Origin: Candidatus Dojkabacteria bacterium
GTDB taxonomy: Bacteria; Patescibacteriota; Dojkabacteria; B142; OLB20
Reading direction: 5' to 3'
NCBI GenBank assembly: GCA_035444565.1
Contig: DAOMOX010000004.1
Span: forward strand, 12,000-75,999
DNA: 64,000 nucleotides
In this document: positions 1 through 10,188 of the stretch, one piece after another
Numbering within the stretch: position 1 is the stretch's first letter
How the letters are laid out: each line of letters starts with the position of its first letter
Program-made: the position numbers and the translations under genes
The notes under the pieces: generated by a model
Told to the model about the DNA's origin: nothing
Seen by the model: only the letters and a program-made list of their open reading frames with translations
Database searches by the model: none

Positions 1-225
1 AACCCTTTCAATTATACATCTGCATATGGTTGGAGATGGGAGAGATGGCATGATGCAATAGACATTTCCTCGACAGCGAACGTTCATGCTTACATATATG
101 CAGCTCATGATGGTTGGTTATATAAAGGTGGAAGTACGAGTCAAGGTTTTTGGAGAAAGATTTGCGAAACGAAAGATAATTGTAACCAAGGAAAATACTC
201 TTTCTACCTTCATCTAGCTGAATAG
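1..225 (+). CDS. 3' end of a CDS that starts upstream of the window; function not assignable
   Basis: Frame 1 is open from position 1 to the TAG at 223-225. It encodes a W/H/D-rich C-terminus (…GWRWERWHDAIDISSTANVHAYIYAAHDGWLYKGG…). There is no start codon, so it is absent from the ORF track. Confidence 0.3.
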   Translation, partial: NPFNYTSAYGWRWERWHDAIDISSTANVHAYIYAAHDGWLYKGGSTSQGFWRKICETKDNCNQGKYSFYLHLAE

Positions 226-398
226 TAAAATCATTTAACTCTTTAATATTTATTGTGCATCTGCCTGAATTAGTATTTGGGAGTTTTGTATATTCAGCTC
301 ATACAAAATTGGATACTCTAGGTTATTTTTCCAAAGATAAATAATTTCAGGATTTCCCCATAATAATTTACTAAACTCTGCATATAGAGTTATTAATC

Positions 399-1412
399 AT
401 GAAAATATTCATCTACGTAATAATAATCTTCACATCATTGCTTTGGGTGACAAACAATTCTTTTGCGTCCGAAGAAAAACCCAAATTGATTATTAATGAA
501 GTTATGCCAAATCCCGTCGGCGACGATTCAAAATACGAGTGGATTGAAATAAAAAATGCATCTTCAGAATCGGTCAATTTAAATCAATGGAAATTCAACG
601 GAATAGCATTACCTGATTTAGAGATTAATTCAAACGAATTTATACTACTCACAAGAGACAAAAGTTCTTTTGAATTATCAAACAAAATGGTGGATTTTTC
701 ATTTAATTTAGTTAACTCAGGAGCAACATTGGTTCTGCTTGAAAATGATACATCTATCGAGCACAAGTTCAGCTATGTACAATCAATCGAAGGAAAAAGT
801 TTCGAGTTGTTAACTGGTGATTGTTCTACTATAGCGATTAATAACCATACGCATACTATGGGTCTTGAAAACACCTCTTGTGATGTAGTCCAAAACCCTA
901 CAGTCACACCTTTTCCTACTGTAATATATTTCACAACATACAATTACCGCGACCTTGTCATATCCGCACTTTCTCCTTATCCTTCTCAGGGTTCTGAATG
1001 GGTGGAAATATCGAACACTACGGGTTCAGAGATAAATTTGAATGGTTGGATAATCAAAGACGAAAGTAACAAATCATTTAAAATTTCAGAGCTAATACTC
1101 AATTCAAATGCAAACACAAGAATATTCCCAACCACAATATCCTTAAACAATGATGGAGATACAATCAATTTATATGATCCACAAAACAAATTAATTGATT
1201 CATACAAATACGGAAAAGTAACTAAAGATCAGGTTGTCTCGGTAAATGATGAGAATCAAATTTCGGAGGATGAAGAAAATATCGTAGATGAAAGAATTCT
1301 AATTGATGTTCCCGAGGTAAGGTCAATAAACACAGAATCTGATATTAAATCGATTTATGAAATACTTAAAAAGCCTATTTTTTATAAAGTCGAAGACTAT
1401 ATCGGAATCTAA
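399..1412 (+). CDS. Secreted lamin-tail-domain (LTD) protein with two LTD repeats
   Basis: N-terminal signal peptide. Two copies of the LTD signature: INEVMPNPVGDDSKYEWIEIKN…LNQWKF and LSPYPSQGSEWVEISNTTGSEINLNGWIIKDESN. Acidic C-terminal tail. Confidence 0.6.
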   Translation: MKIFIYVIIIFTSLLWVTNNSFASEEKPKLIINEVMPNPVGDDSKYEWIEIKNASSESVNLNQWKFNGIALPDLEINSNEFILLTRDKSSFELSNKMVDFSFNLVNSGATLVLLENDTSIEHKFSYVQSIEGKSFELLTGDCSTIAINNHTHTMGLENTSCDVVQNPTVTPFPTVIYFTTYNYRDLVISALSPYPSQGSEWVEISNTTGSEINLNGWIIKDESNKSFKISELILNSNANTRIFPTTISLNNDGDTINLYDPQNKLIDSYKYGKVTKDQVVSVNDENQISEDEENIVDERILIDVPEVRSINTESDIKSIYEILKKPIFYKVEDYIGI

Positions 1413-1413
1413 A

Positions 1414-2271
1414 CTAATTAACTTCCTCTAGACTCATACAGTCATTTAATGATGTATTCCCTACCCTTGTTCTGGTCAAGTTAATCAACATTGCGGGCAT
1501 GTTTAATTTTTCACCAATATCTTCAGCAAGTTGTCTAATATAAGTTCCTTTTGAACTATTTACACGTATTTTGATGTATGGAAATTTTTGAGACTTTGGG
1601 AAACTTGCAAGCTTTTTCTTGAATTCGCCCATTTCTTCAACTTCTATCTCACCTTTCTCTAAAAGCTCAATATCGAATATTTTCACTTTCTTGGAAGGTA
1701 ATTGCAAAGTGAAAGACTTCAAATTTGAGGTTTCAGATTTTGGTGTAAATACTATCCTCTTTCTATTGTTATCATCGATTTCTACATGTTTATCATAGTT
1801 GTTGTCCCTCATAATCACCCTGAGTTTCTTTCCGTCAACTTTAACTGAACTATAAAGTGATACATATTGATCGTATTCGCCTTTGAAATCCATCAAGATT
1901 GAATTAATATCACCCATATCTTTTAGATTGTAACCTGTTTTTACTTCTGTTATATCTCCTTCGGGATCTTGTGTGCTGGTTGCAATTCCAAATATTACTT
2001 GAGTTGTATACTCTTTATCTAAATGCATCAACTTGTCTGATAATTTTGTTGCTTTTCCAATTAGATAAATCATAACTCCATCCGCAAAAACATCCAGGGC
2101 TCCTGCATGTCCAACTTTTTTTGTGTTTAATTTCTTTCTGAGTGCATTCACAAGGTCGTGTGAAGTAATATTTTTGGGTTTATTCAAGGCAACAATTCCA
2201 CTTGGTCTGCCATATTCATCTCTATGTATGATATTTATTTTATAATCGTTGGACATTAAACACTTAACCAA
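1414..2271 (-). CDS. truB: tRNA pseudouridine(55) synthase TruB
   Basis: GHAGALDVFADGVMIYLIGKATK matches the TruB catalytic-Asp motif (E. coli GHTGALDPLATGML). Overall collinear with TruB. Confidence 0.85.
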   Translation of the reverse strand: MVKCLMSNDYKINIIHRDEYGRPSGIVALNKPKNITSHDLVNALRKKLNTKKVGHAGALDVFADGVMIYLIGKATKLSDKLMHLDKEYTTQVIFGIATSTQDPEGDITEVKTGYNLKDMGDINSILMDFKGEYDQYVSLYSSVKVDGKKLRVIMRDNNYDKHVEIDDNNRKRIVFTPKSETSNLKSFTLQLPSKKVKIFDIELLEKGEIEVEEMGEFKKKLASFPKSQKFPYIKIRVNSSKGTYIRQLAEDIGEKLNMPAMLINLTRTRVGNTSLNDCMSLEEVN

Positions 2272-2316
2272 ATTAAACTAGTTATTATAACAGACAAACA
2301 TATTCAGAGTAACTTA

Positions 2317-4488
2317 TCAAAACGTTGGGTATGGTTGGAAATTCTTATGTGTATAGAATTGATAATTAAAATCGGGCTTAGTTGTCTCGGGGCTAATTCC
2401 AGTTATATATAGATTGCCGTCGGTTCTGATTTCAATACCGTTTGGATATTCGAAGGGCGTTGGAGGATATTTAGACGAAGCAAGTTGGAGATACTCCCCT
2501 ACCCAAGGTCTGACAGAAGTTTGACCTGTCGCTCCATATCTCATCGGAGTATTATCATTATTAATGAGCATTCCAGCTACAACTATTTCAGGTGAATACC
2601 CTATGTAGAGTGTTTCTGTTTGATCTTCAGAAGTTCCTGTTTTACCAGCCATATCACGACCATCGAAAGAAAATCCAGGCCCACCTTTATTACCATTTAA
2701 TATGTCGTTAACTAAATAAACTCCTCTAGGATCAGCTACTTGTGTTGTTATAGGTTGATGTTCGTATAAAATTTCACCATTCCTATCAACTATTTTGCTA
2801 ATTACTTCATGTTGTGTGAATTTTCCATTATTTGCGAAAACTGCATAACCCTGCGCATGTTCAATTAATTTTAATTCTCCACCTCCTACTGCTAAAGATA
2901 ATCCATAACCATTCGGATTGTTCATTGTGGTGTAACCCCAGGTTTTCATTTGTTCTATCAAGCTTGTATAGCCAATTTTCTCAAGAAGAATTATCGCAGG
3001 AATGTTCCTCGATTGGACAAGCATATACCTATATGGATGTAGTCCAGAGAATTGCCCATCATAATTTTTCGGAGTGTACTTGCCAATTGTAATAGGAGCA
3101 TCATATACAAGTGTTTCTGGAGTCATTATCCCCCGCATAAATGCATTGTAATAAATCATAGGTTTGAGTGTAGAACCATATGCCTGAAGAGTATCAGGAA
3201 CATTTACTTGGGGTTCATACCTACAATTTAACCCTATTTGACATCCTTCTGGACTAGCCTTGCCAAAGTAGTCGTATGAACCAACCATAGCCAGTACATC
3301 ACCATTTTTAGGGTTTAATACAACCATTGCAGCATTGTCAGCACCAAACTGTTTTCCATATGTGGAGACTGCCTTTTTCACTTGTGATTCCGCTATTCTT
3401 TGATAATCCATGTCTAATGTTGTGTGAATTCTTAATCCTTCGGTCTCGATTTGTTCAAGAGTTAAGGGTTTCCCATCGTTGTAACCATTTTTCTGTAGTT
3501 GCTCTAATGCATAAAATACAAAATGAGGAGCATTTATTCGAAACGATGGATCTTGGTAAGCGATTTCTTCTTTCCGCGCTATTTCAATCATTTCTTTGGT
3601 AAAAAGTTCTGTATCTGGTCCATAAATTTCTAACAAATTATTATTTATGAAATCGAGATTTGATTCTATCTGATTTAATACATAATTCTTGCGTGATTCG
3701 AGTAATTCTTTCGAAATTTCTGGATTTGTTGACTTGGTGGGTGAAAGTATTGATGGATTTTGTGGAATTGAAGCAAGTACAGCCATTTCTGCGAGTGAAA
3801 GTTCTTCAGGTGCTTTTCCGAAATAGAACTTAGATGCTCTAGTTACTCCATAAATATTACTTCCGCTCGGTACAACCGTAAGATACATTTCTAATATCTC
3901 CTCTTTTGATCGTACTTGTTCGATTTTCAAGGCGAGTAACATTTCTTTGATTTTCCTTGCAATTGCAACTTCGTCCGTGAGCGCAGTTTTTCTGATTAGT
4001 TGTTGAGTGATTGTACTACCTCCACAAACGATAGTTCTTTCTTCTAAATATCGAAAACTGCATCTCGCGAGTGCTTCTAAATCAACTCCTTGATGTTCAA
4101 AAAATCTTAAATCTTCTGCAGCCAGATAAGTCCATATTATTTGTGGAGGAATAGTCTCGAGATCAACTGGGTCTCTATCTTCATTATCAAAAACTCTATA
4201 GAGTAGTTCTCCATTTCTATCGTAAATTTCGGTGGCGGTTTGCTTCCGTCCAAATGGTTTATCGGGACTTGGAAGGTCTTTTGAGACGTTCTGAAGATAT
4301 TTCAGTGATGCAATAAATGAAAAGATAGTTACTGATGAAATAATGACAAAAAGAAGTACCAATAATCTGCTTATTGTGTCCCTCTTGGTAATTTTTCGAT
4401 TTGTTTTAAAATTTTTGGGGGTGCGTTTTGATCTAACCTTTTCTTTTTTGCTTAAATTCTTAATTTTGATTGATTTCTTTTGAGTCAT
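2317..4488 (-). CDS. Class A penicillin-binding protein (PBP1A-type; glycosyltransferase GT51 + transpeptidase)
   Basis: N-terminal TM anchor. GT51 motifs EDLRFFEHQGVD and GGSTITQQL. Transpeptidase motifs STLKP (SxxK) and KTGT. Confidence 0.9.
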   Translation of the reverse strand: MTQKKSIKIKNLSKKEKVRSKRTPKNFKTNRKITKRDTISRLLVLLFVIISSVTIFSFIASLKYLQNVSKDLPSPDKPFGRKQTATEIYDRNGELLYRVFDNEDRDPVDLETIPPQIIWTYLAAEDLRFFEHQGVDLEALARCSFRYLEERTIVCGGSTITQQLIRKTALTDEVAIARKIKEMLLALKIEQVRSKEEILEMYLTVVPSGSNIYGVTRASKFYFGKAPEELSLAEMAVLASIPQNPSILSPTKSTNPEISKELLESRKNYVLNQIESNLDFINNNLLEIYGPDTELFTKEMIEIARKEEIAYQDPSFRINAPHFVFYALEQLQKNGYNDGKPLTLEQIETEGLRIHTTLDMDYQRIAESQVKKAVSTYGKQFGADNAAMVVLNPKNGDVLAMVGSYDYFGKASPEGCQIGLNCRYEPQVNVPDTLQAYGSTLKPMIYYNAFMRGIMTPETLVYDAPITIGKYTPKNYDGQFSGLHPYRYMLVQSRNIPAIILLEKIGYTSLIEQMKTWGYTTMNNPNGYGLSLAVGGGELKLIEHAQGYAVFANNGKFTQHEVISKIVDRNGEILYEHQPITTQVADPRGVYLVNDILNGNKGGPGFSFDGRDMAGKTGTSEDQTETLYIGYSPEIVVAGMLINNDNTPMRYGATGQTSVRPWVGEYLQLASSKYPPTPFEYPNGIEIRTDGNLYITGISPETTKPDFNYQFYTHKNFQPYPTF

Positions 4489-4704
4489 ATACTAATTTTG
4501 AAGCAGTCAACTTTATGAAGTAAAAGTAACATCCAATCCTCGGGGAGTGTTGAAAGTTGTGGGTTATCTAATTATATGATAAGCCATAAAATTCAAAATT
4601 GTCAAAGAGAAAATCGGTAAAAATACTAAGACACTTTAGGCGGGTAAAGGCTCTTTATGGGTTCTAAATTGAGGTATCTTTGTATAGTTTGATAATATGA
4701 TTAT

Positions 4705-6135
4705 ATGAATTTTAGAAAATTACTAAAACAGGATTTTATTATTACTTTTGTAATATTAGTTTTACTAGGTATTGGGAGCTTAGTGATTTTTTCAACAACA
4801 TATAACACAGAAGGCGCAGATCTCTTAAATAAACAAATTATATTAATAACTATAGGTCTGGTAATCTACTTCGCTCTTATTTTAATCGATATCGATTGGT
4901 TTAAAGTTTTCAGTATCCAATTAATACTATATCTAATAATTATTGCGACTTTACTGTATGCAGTTTTATTTGGATCCACCATTGCTGGTACAAATCGGTG
5001 GATTGATCTCGGATTTTTTGCATTTCAGCCATCAGAGTATTCAAAAGTATTAATCATTATGTTTATTTCACTAATATTTAGTAGTGAAAATCTCCCTCTG
5101 AAAGAAAATTTAAAAGAAATACAAAGTAGATTTCAGAAAGAGTATGGTTTAAAAAATAATTTTAAAGAAACTCTCAAAAAAATAGCTAACGACCGAGAGT
5201 TTCGAGGACTATTCTATGTCGCATTATATGTATTCCCTATTGTCATATTGACTTTTATTCAACCATCACTCGGCAACACTATCATAATTATAGGTTTAAC
5301 ATTTTTCACATTATTTTTCTCAACAAAATATCAAACACAAATTCTGAAAATATTAATTTTAGGACTATTAACGTTTCTATTTATTAGAAATTTTATAAGC
5401 TTTGATACCGGAACAGCGTCGTTTTCATTTTCAACAAACATCAATAATTTATATTTTTTAATTATTACAGTTCTATTATTTTTACTTTTGGCATATTTTA
5501 TGAAAGTCAAATGGTGGGTAGTATTAGGTGTGGTTTTGACAACGACAATTTTCTTGTTTGGTTCAATCTTTGCTTGGAATCAACTATTAGGAAATTATCA
5601 AAGAGAACGTGTACTTACTTTTATCGAAGGTCCTGAAGCAGACCCGCTAGGGAGTGGTTACCAGATAATTCAATCTAAGATTGCAATTGGCTCTGGTCAA
5701 TTATTTGGAAGAGGCTTTTTACAAGGAACTCAAAGTAGTCTCCACATATTGACCCAGGCACATACGGATTTTGCCTTTGCTTCGATGAGTGAACAATTCG
5801 GATTTATTGGTGCGTTATTGTTATTATCAACATATCTAACACTATTATTTAGAATATTAAAGATTGCGAAAGAAACAAAAAGTGATTTTGGAAGAAATAT
5901 GTCTTTTGGAGTTGTTGGATTATTACTAATACATATTTTTATTAATATTGGTATGAATCTCGGTAAATTACCAGTTACAGGTATTCCACTCCCTTTGGTC
6001 AGTTATGGAGGTAGCTCAGTTCTTATGACTTTGATTGTCTTAGGATTAATACAATCTGTTCATGCGTCACGTCGTCCCGTTGACATGGCAGACAGTTTGA
6101 TGTTAACATCCTTAGCAGGGAATAAATCCGAGTAG
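4705..6135 (+). CDS. SEDS-family peptidoglycan polymerase (RodA/FtsW-like), divergent from the class A PBP
   Basis: Multi-TM. C-terminal SEDS signature GSGYQIIQSKIAIGSGQLFGRG…LPVTGIPLPLVSYGGSS. Carries a charged insertion of about 100 aa in the middle. Confidence 0.85.
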   Translation: MNFRKLLKQDFIITFVILVLLGIGSLVIFSTTYNTEGADLLNKQIILITIGLVIYFALILIDIDWFKVFSIQLILYLIIIATLLYAVLFGSTIAGTNRWIDLGFFAFQPSEYSKVLIIMFISLIFSSENLPLKENLKEIQSRFQKEYGLKNNFKETLKKIANDREFRGLFYVALYVFPIVILTFIQPSLGNTIIIIGLTFFTLFFSTKYQTQILKILILGLLTFLFIRNFISFDTGTASFSFSTNINNLYFLIITVLLFLLLAYFMKVKWWVVLGVVLTTTIFLFGSIFAWNQLLGNYQRERVLTFIEGPEADPLGSGYQIIQSKIAIGSGQLFGRGFLQGTQSSLHILTQAHTDFAFASMSEQFGFIGALLLLSTYLTLLFRILKIAKETKSDFGRNMSFGVVGLLLIHIFINIGMNLGKLPVTGIPLPLVSYGGSSVLMTLIVLGLIQSVHASRRPVDMADSLMLTSLAGNKSE

Positions 6136-6205
6136 ATTTTAATATTTCATTGGAAAATTTATCGGTTTGAACTAGATTTTACTTAATTTCCCTAAATGAA
6201 TATAA

Positions 6206-6520
6206 ATGGAAAAATTCGCAGTAATAAAGGTAAATAATTCTCAATACAAAGTATCAGAAGGTGATGTGATTGAAGTTGACAAACTTGCTGGTAAAGCTGG
6301 AGACAAATTAAAATTCAATGAAGTCTTGTTAAAGGCAGAAAAAGATAATGTTGTTGTCGGAACACCTATAATCAAAGATTCTGAAGTTAGTGTTGAAATT
6401 ATCGAACAATTTAAGGGAGAAAAAGTAGAAAGTTTGACTTATAAAGCGAAAGCTAGAACCAGAAGAAGATTTGGTAGCAGAAAAGAACTAACTAAACTTA
6501 AAATTCTTAAAATTAACTAA
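6206..6520 (+). CDS. rplU: 50S ribosomal protein L21
   Basis: [27 protein letters not shown]… is typical L21. Immediately upstream of rpmA. Confidence 0.95.
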   Translation: MEKFAVIKVNNSQYKVSEGDVIEVDKLAGKAGDKLKFNEVLLKAEKDNVVVGTPIIKDSEVSVEIIEQFKGEKVESLTYKAKARTRRRFGSRKELTKLKILKIN

Positions 6521-6837
6521 TGGCACATACAAAGGCACAAGGAGCAGCAAATAGAACAGTAAATATTGTTGGAAAAAGACTTGGTATTAAAAAATATGCA
6601 GGTCAAGTTGTACGATCCGGTAATATTCTTGTGAGACAGAGAGGTACGAAATTCCACCCAGGAGTTAATACCAAGATGGGAAAGGATTTCACTATTTTCG
6701 CAACCGCAGAAGGAGTCGTTAGATTCAGAAATATGACAGGTGCTCATAGAGCTCAGAAATATATCGATGTAGTTATCGAAGAAGTAAAAAAAACCGTCAA
6801 AAAAGCTCCAGCTGCAAAAAAGAAGGCTACAAAATGA
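6520..6837 (+). CDS. rpmA: 50S ribosomal protein L27
   Basis: [31 protein letters not shown]…GTKFHPG is canonical L27. Confidence 0.95.
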   Translation: MAHTKAQGAANRTVNIVGKRLGIKKYAGQVVRSGNILVRQRGTKFHPGVNTKMGKDFTIFATAEGVVRFRNMTGAHRAQKYIDVVIEEVKKTVKKAPAAKKKATK

Positions 6838-6866
6838 CATTAAATTGTCATATTCCCTTTATTGTT
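6834..6866 (+). terminator. Candidate intrinsic terminator downstream of rpmA
   Basis: Hairpin ATGACA-TTAAAT-TGTCAT (6834-6851) overlaps the rpmA TGA stop and is followed by T-rich ATTCCCTTTATTGTT. Confidence 0.4.
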
Positions 6867-6886
6867 AGATAATAACCTTATTAACA

Positions 6887-7474
6887 TTGCATATTGTGAA
6901 TTCACTCTCATTAAAACGTGATAAAAATATTATTAGGCTTATTGTTGGTCTAGGTAATGTTGGAGAAAAATATTCACATACTAGACATAATGCAGGTTTT
7001 CTTTTTATAGATTACCTTGTTCACTTTTATCTAAAAAGCAAGGGATTTGATTCTGAACCTCAAGAAAATAAATCATACAAAATATATGATTTTCAGAATT
7101 TGGATATTGTTTGTATAAAGCCCTCGTTGATGATGAACCGATCAGGCGAGGCACTTATGGAATATATTAAATACAAGGATTATTCACTTTCGGAAATTTT
7201 GGTTGTTCACGATGATCTCGATATTGCCTTAGGCAAATATAAACTACAAATTTCAAAATCCCCTAAATTACATAATGGAATATCCTCAGTCGAGAGAATA
7301 CTTGCAGATAAAGAATTTTACAGATTAAGAATTGGGGTCGAGAATAGAAAAGGTGTTCCAATTCCGGGATTATCTTATGTCTTGAAAAAATTTAACGATG
7401 AAGAATTAGGTCAACTTGACTTAGTTTTTAATGACTTCCTTTGCAACGAACTTTCAATCAACTCGATAAATTAG
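6887..7474 (+). CDS. pth: Peptidyl-tRNA hydrolase
   Basis: LIVGLGNVGEKYSHTRHNAGFLFIDYL matches the Pth N-terminal motif (GLGNPG..Y..TRHN.G). Confidence 0.85.
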   Translation: MHIVNSLSLKRDKNIIRLIVGLGNVGEKYSHTRHNAGFLFIDYLVHFYLKSKGFDSEPQENKSYKIYDFQNLDIVCIKPSLMMNRSGEALMEYIKYKDYSLSEILVVHDDLDIALGKYKLQISKSPKLHNGISSVERILADKEFYRLRIGVENRKGVPIPGLSYVLKKFNDEELGQLDLVFNDFLCNELSINSIN

Positions 7475-8576
7475 CGTTTTCAATTAAATCTGGATCGAAT
7501 AACCCTTCATTTTGTTTATGGATTTTTTTATTAGTTCCTCCAAAGTTTCTATTTCTTGCAGCATAATCCAGAATTGCCCGTTTAAAATGCATTGCGTCAA
7601 AATCTGGGAAATAAACGTTTGTAAAGTATAATTCAGCATAAGCTGACTCGTATGCCATTATTCCGCTAGTTCTTATTTCTCCAGATGTTCTAATTATCAA
7701 GTCGGGTTCTGGGATATCATGCGTGTCCAAGTAGTTCTTGAATGTGTCTTCATCGATTACTTTAACTTTCTCAGCAATAATTTTATTAATCGCTCTGACG
7801 ATATCATCTCTTCCGTTGTAGTCTAGACAAAGTTGAAAATTTAGTAAATCATTTGCTTTTGTTTCTTCAGTGAAGTCATTTAATATTTTCATTATATCTT
7901 TGGGTAATCGGTCCTTTCTACCAATATGTCGGAAACGGATTCCTTCCTCCATAAATTTCCCCAACCATGTTGAGTATGAGTTTCTAATCAGATTAAAGAT
8001 TTCATTTATCTCTCTCTCATCTCGACTCCAGTTTTCTGTCGAGAATGCCCAGAAGCTGAGATACTCAACCCCAATTTCTCTGCACTCGTCGAAAATCTCG
8101 TTTAGTCGCTCGAATTTTACAGCTTTCCTGTGACCGACCCATGGTAGCCAACCTTGTTCCCTAGCCCATCTGCGATTTCCATCAGCAATAATTGCTACAT
8201 GGGTGGGAATTTGATTTTCTTTATCAAGTTTTAAGATTTCATTAGTGAGGATTTCCTTGCTAAGGTTATAAATGCTATTAGCTTCATCAGCTAAAAATGA
8301 TTTCTCTTTTTTAATTTTAAATTTTCCAAACTTCTCTTTCGGATTTTGCCACTCGAAGCTCATACCTTTGATCTTGGCAGGAAAAAATCCCTTTTGGCAC
8401 CAATTGAGGAATTCGTTCAGGCACTGTTCTTCTCCTTGTACATAAATTACCAAACCATCATCTCCGAATTTCTCGACAGAACCTTTTAATTTAAGCTCGT
8501 TTGCTAAATTAGCGAGTCTTCTGCGAAAATTTACACCTTGGATTCTACCGTACAGTTTTATTTTTAATTGTTTCAT
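7458..8576 (-). CDS. uppS: Acylphosphatase-like domain fused to undecaprenyl-diphosphate synthase (UppS)
   Basis: The N-terminal ~90 aa carry acylphosphatase motifs (YGRIQGVNFRR, GSVEKFGDDGLVIYVQGEE). The remainder is cis-prenyltransferase: HVAIIADGNRRWA, GVEYLSFWAFSTENWSR. Confidence 0.8.
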   Translation of the reverse strand: MKQLKIKLYGRIQGVNFRRRLANLANELKLKGSVEKFGDDGLVIYVQGEEQCLNEFLNWCQKGFFPAKIKGMSFEWQNPKEKFGKFKIKKEKSFLADEANSIYNLSKEILTNEILKLDKENQIPTHVAIIADGNRRWAREQGWLPWVGHRKAVKFERLNEIFDECREIGVEYLSFWAFSTENWSRDEREINEIFNLIRNSYSTWLGKFMEEGIRFRHIGRKDRLPKDIMKILNDFTEETKANDLLNFQLCLDYNGRDDIVRAINKIIAEKVKVIDEDTFKNYLDTHDIPEPDLIIRTSGEIRTSGIMAYESAYAELYFTNVYFPDFDAMHFKRAILDYAARNRNFGGTNKKIHKQNEGLFDPDLIENANLSS

Positions 8577-8663
8577 ATTATTTCTTAATCAACCAATTAT
8601 AAACTACAAAGATGTTATTATGTCACAAAACAAAATATAATAGTAAGAACAATCGTTTAAATC

Positions 8664-10148
8664 TTGAAAAAGCTCTCATATAAAATACAGAGTTTCCTAA
8701 AAAATCAATACTTATTGATTCTATTACTAGTAGTTCTGATATTTCAACTATTTGGTTTTGTTTATATCAATATCTATCCTGTCTACCAATTAAAAAATAG
8801 TGTTGATGAATTAAACAGAGGACTTACCTATCAGAATTTGGAGAAATGGCTCAAAGCATATGCTATTGTTTCAACTGATAGCCCCCCTCTTAGCGAAGAA
8901 ATGAATAAAAATGCATTGATTTATTCATTTATCAATTACATCCAATCACTTGATGAAAATAATAAAAAAATATTTATAGAATTACCAACATTAGATGTAA
9001 TCAGCATTGAGGAATATGACAGGGAGATAGACCCGCCTATTGAATACATTACTAGCAATCGCATTCCTCAAGGGGAAAGAGTAATAGCAGATAATGGTGA
9101 AAAATATCTCCAAAATGAAACACACGTTATATTTGAAAATGGGACACTTATTGTTGTAGGTAACATTGAAGATGTAAAATCACCGAAAAAAGTTCTTTAC
9201 GGAAATCTACCTAGAGAACAATTTAGGGCAGATTTAACAAATGAGCTTTTAGCTATACAAAATGAGACTGAAATTCTAACCGATTATTTTGATGAAACAG
9301 TTAGAGGTTCAGACACACTTAAAAAGCTGAAATTCCAAGATCTCAACCTGGATTTTAATCAAGATGAGAAAGTAATTTCAGGTGAAATCAGTTTAATAGA
9401 TACTAAATGCGCTAGTAATTATAACCTCAAGTATGGTTATCAAATTGATATTGATAGATATACAATCTACGATTTGACGAATCTCGAATTGAAAGACTGT
9501 AGTGTTGTTCAATCATTCTCCCAACCGAAAGAAACCAAAATGTTGACATGTTCTGATTGTAAATACGCTCCTGTAGATAAAACTTATTTCCTTCCAAGCA
9601 CTTATGCTCCAAGTTTGGTTTCAACTAATTTACCCGGTGGTGGATATTTGACGAGCGAAACTGTAGTCGCACTAAATCAAATTGCTGTTGAATTGAAAAA
9701 ACAAGATGTGAATGTCTATGTAACATCAGCTTTTAGATCCTATCAACAACAACAAGAAGCGTTCAATTATTGGGTGAATAGAGAATTAGCCACGGGTTTG
9801 GATTTACAAACTGCAAGAGCAAAGGCAAATATATACTCGGCATTTCCAGGTCACTCTGAACATCAACTTGGAACTACACTTGATATTCGTTGTGAAGATT
9901 GTAGTGCTTTTTCGAAAGATGTAGCAAGCAACCCTGTTTATCAATTTTTACAAGAACATGCTCATAAATATGGATTTGTAATCTCCTACCCTGCTGGGAA
10001 ACAACACCTCACAGGATACACTTATGAACCATGGCATATCCGATACATTGGAGTTGAACTAGCAACTGAATTATTTAACAGAAATTATCAAAGTTCAACA
10101 AACAGCGAGTATCTTACAAAATTCCTCATAGAAAAAGGAATGTATTAA
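8664..10148 (+). CDS. Membrane-anchored protein with C-terminal M15 (VanY-like) D-Ala-D-Ala carboxypeptidase domain
   Basis: N-terminal TM. C-terminus SAFRSYQQQQEAF…FPGHSEHQLGTTLDIR…YEPWHIRYIG matches the LAS/M15B zinc-peptidase signature. The N-terminal ~300 aa are unassigned. Confidence 0.7.
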   Translation: MKKLSYKIQSFLKNQYLLILLLVVLIFQLFGFVYINIYPVYQLKNSVDELNRGLTYQNLEKWLKAYAIVSTDSPPLSEEMNKNALIYSFINYIQSLDENNKKIFIELPTLDVISIEEYDREIDPPIEYITSNRIPQGERVIADNGEKYLQNETHVIFENGTLIVVGNIEDVKSPKKVLYGNLPREQFRADLTNELLAIQNETEILTDYFDETVRGSDTLKKLKFQDLNLDFNQDEKVISGEISLIDTKCASNYNLKYGYQIDIDRYTIYDLTNLELKDCSVVQSFSQPKETKMLTCSDCKYAPVDKTYFLPSTYAPSLVSTNLPGGGYLTSETVVALNQIAVELKKQDVNVYVTSAFRSYQQQQEAFNYWVNRELATGLDLQTARAKANIYSAFPGHSEHQLGTTLDIRCEDCSAFSKDVASNPVYQFLQEHAHKYGFVISYPAGKQHLTGYTYEPWHIRYIGVELATELFNRNYQSSTNSEYLTKFLIEKGMY

Positions 10149-10188
10149 CAACATTTTGTTATAATCAACCTGCCATTTAATAAATATT

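Noticed and set aside
6835-6837. Possible alternative genetic code with UGA recoded, as in some reduced-genome lineages.
   Set aside because: rpmA and the class A PBP end with TGA exactly at the expected protein C-termini, and a full-length RF2 gene (prfB) is present. Standard code 11.
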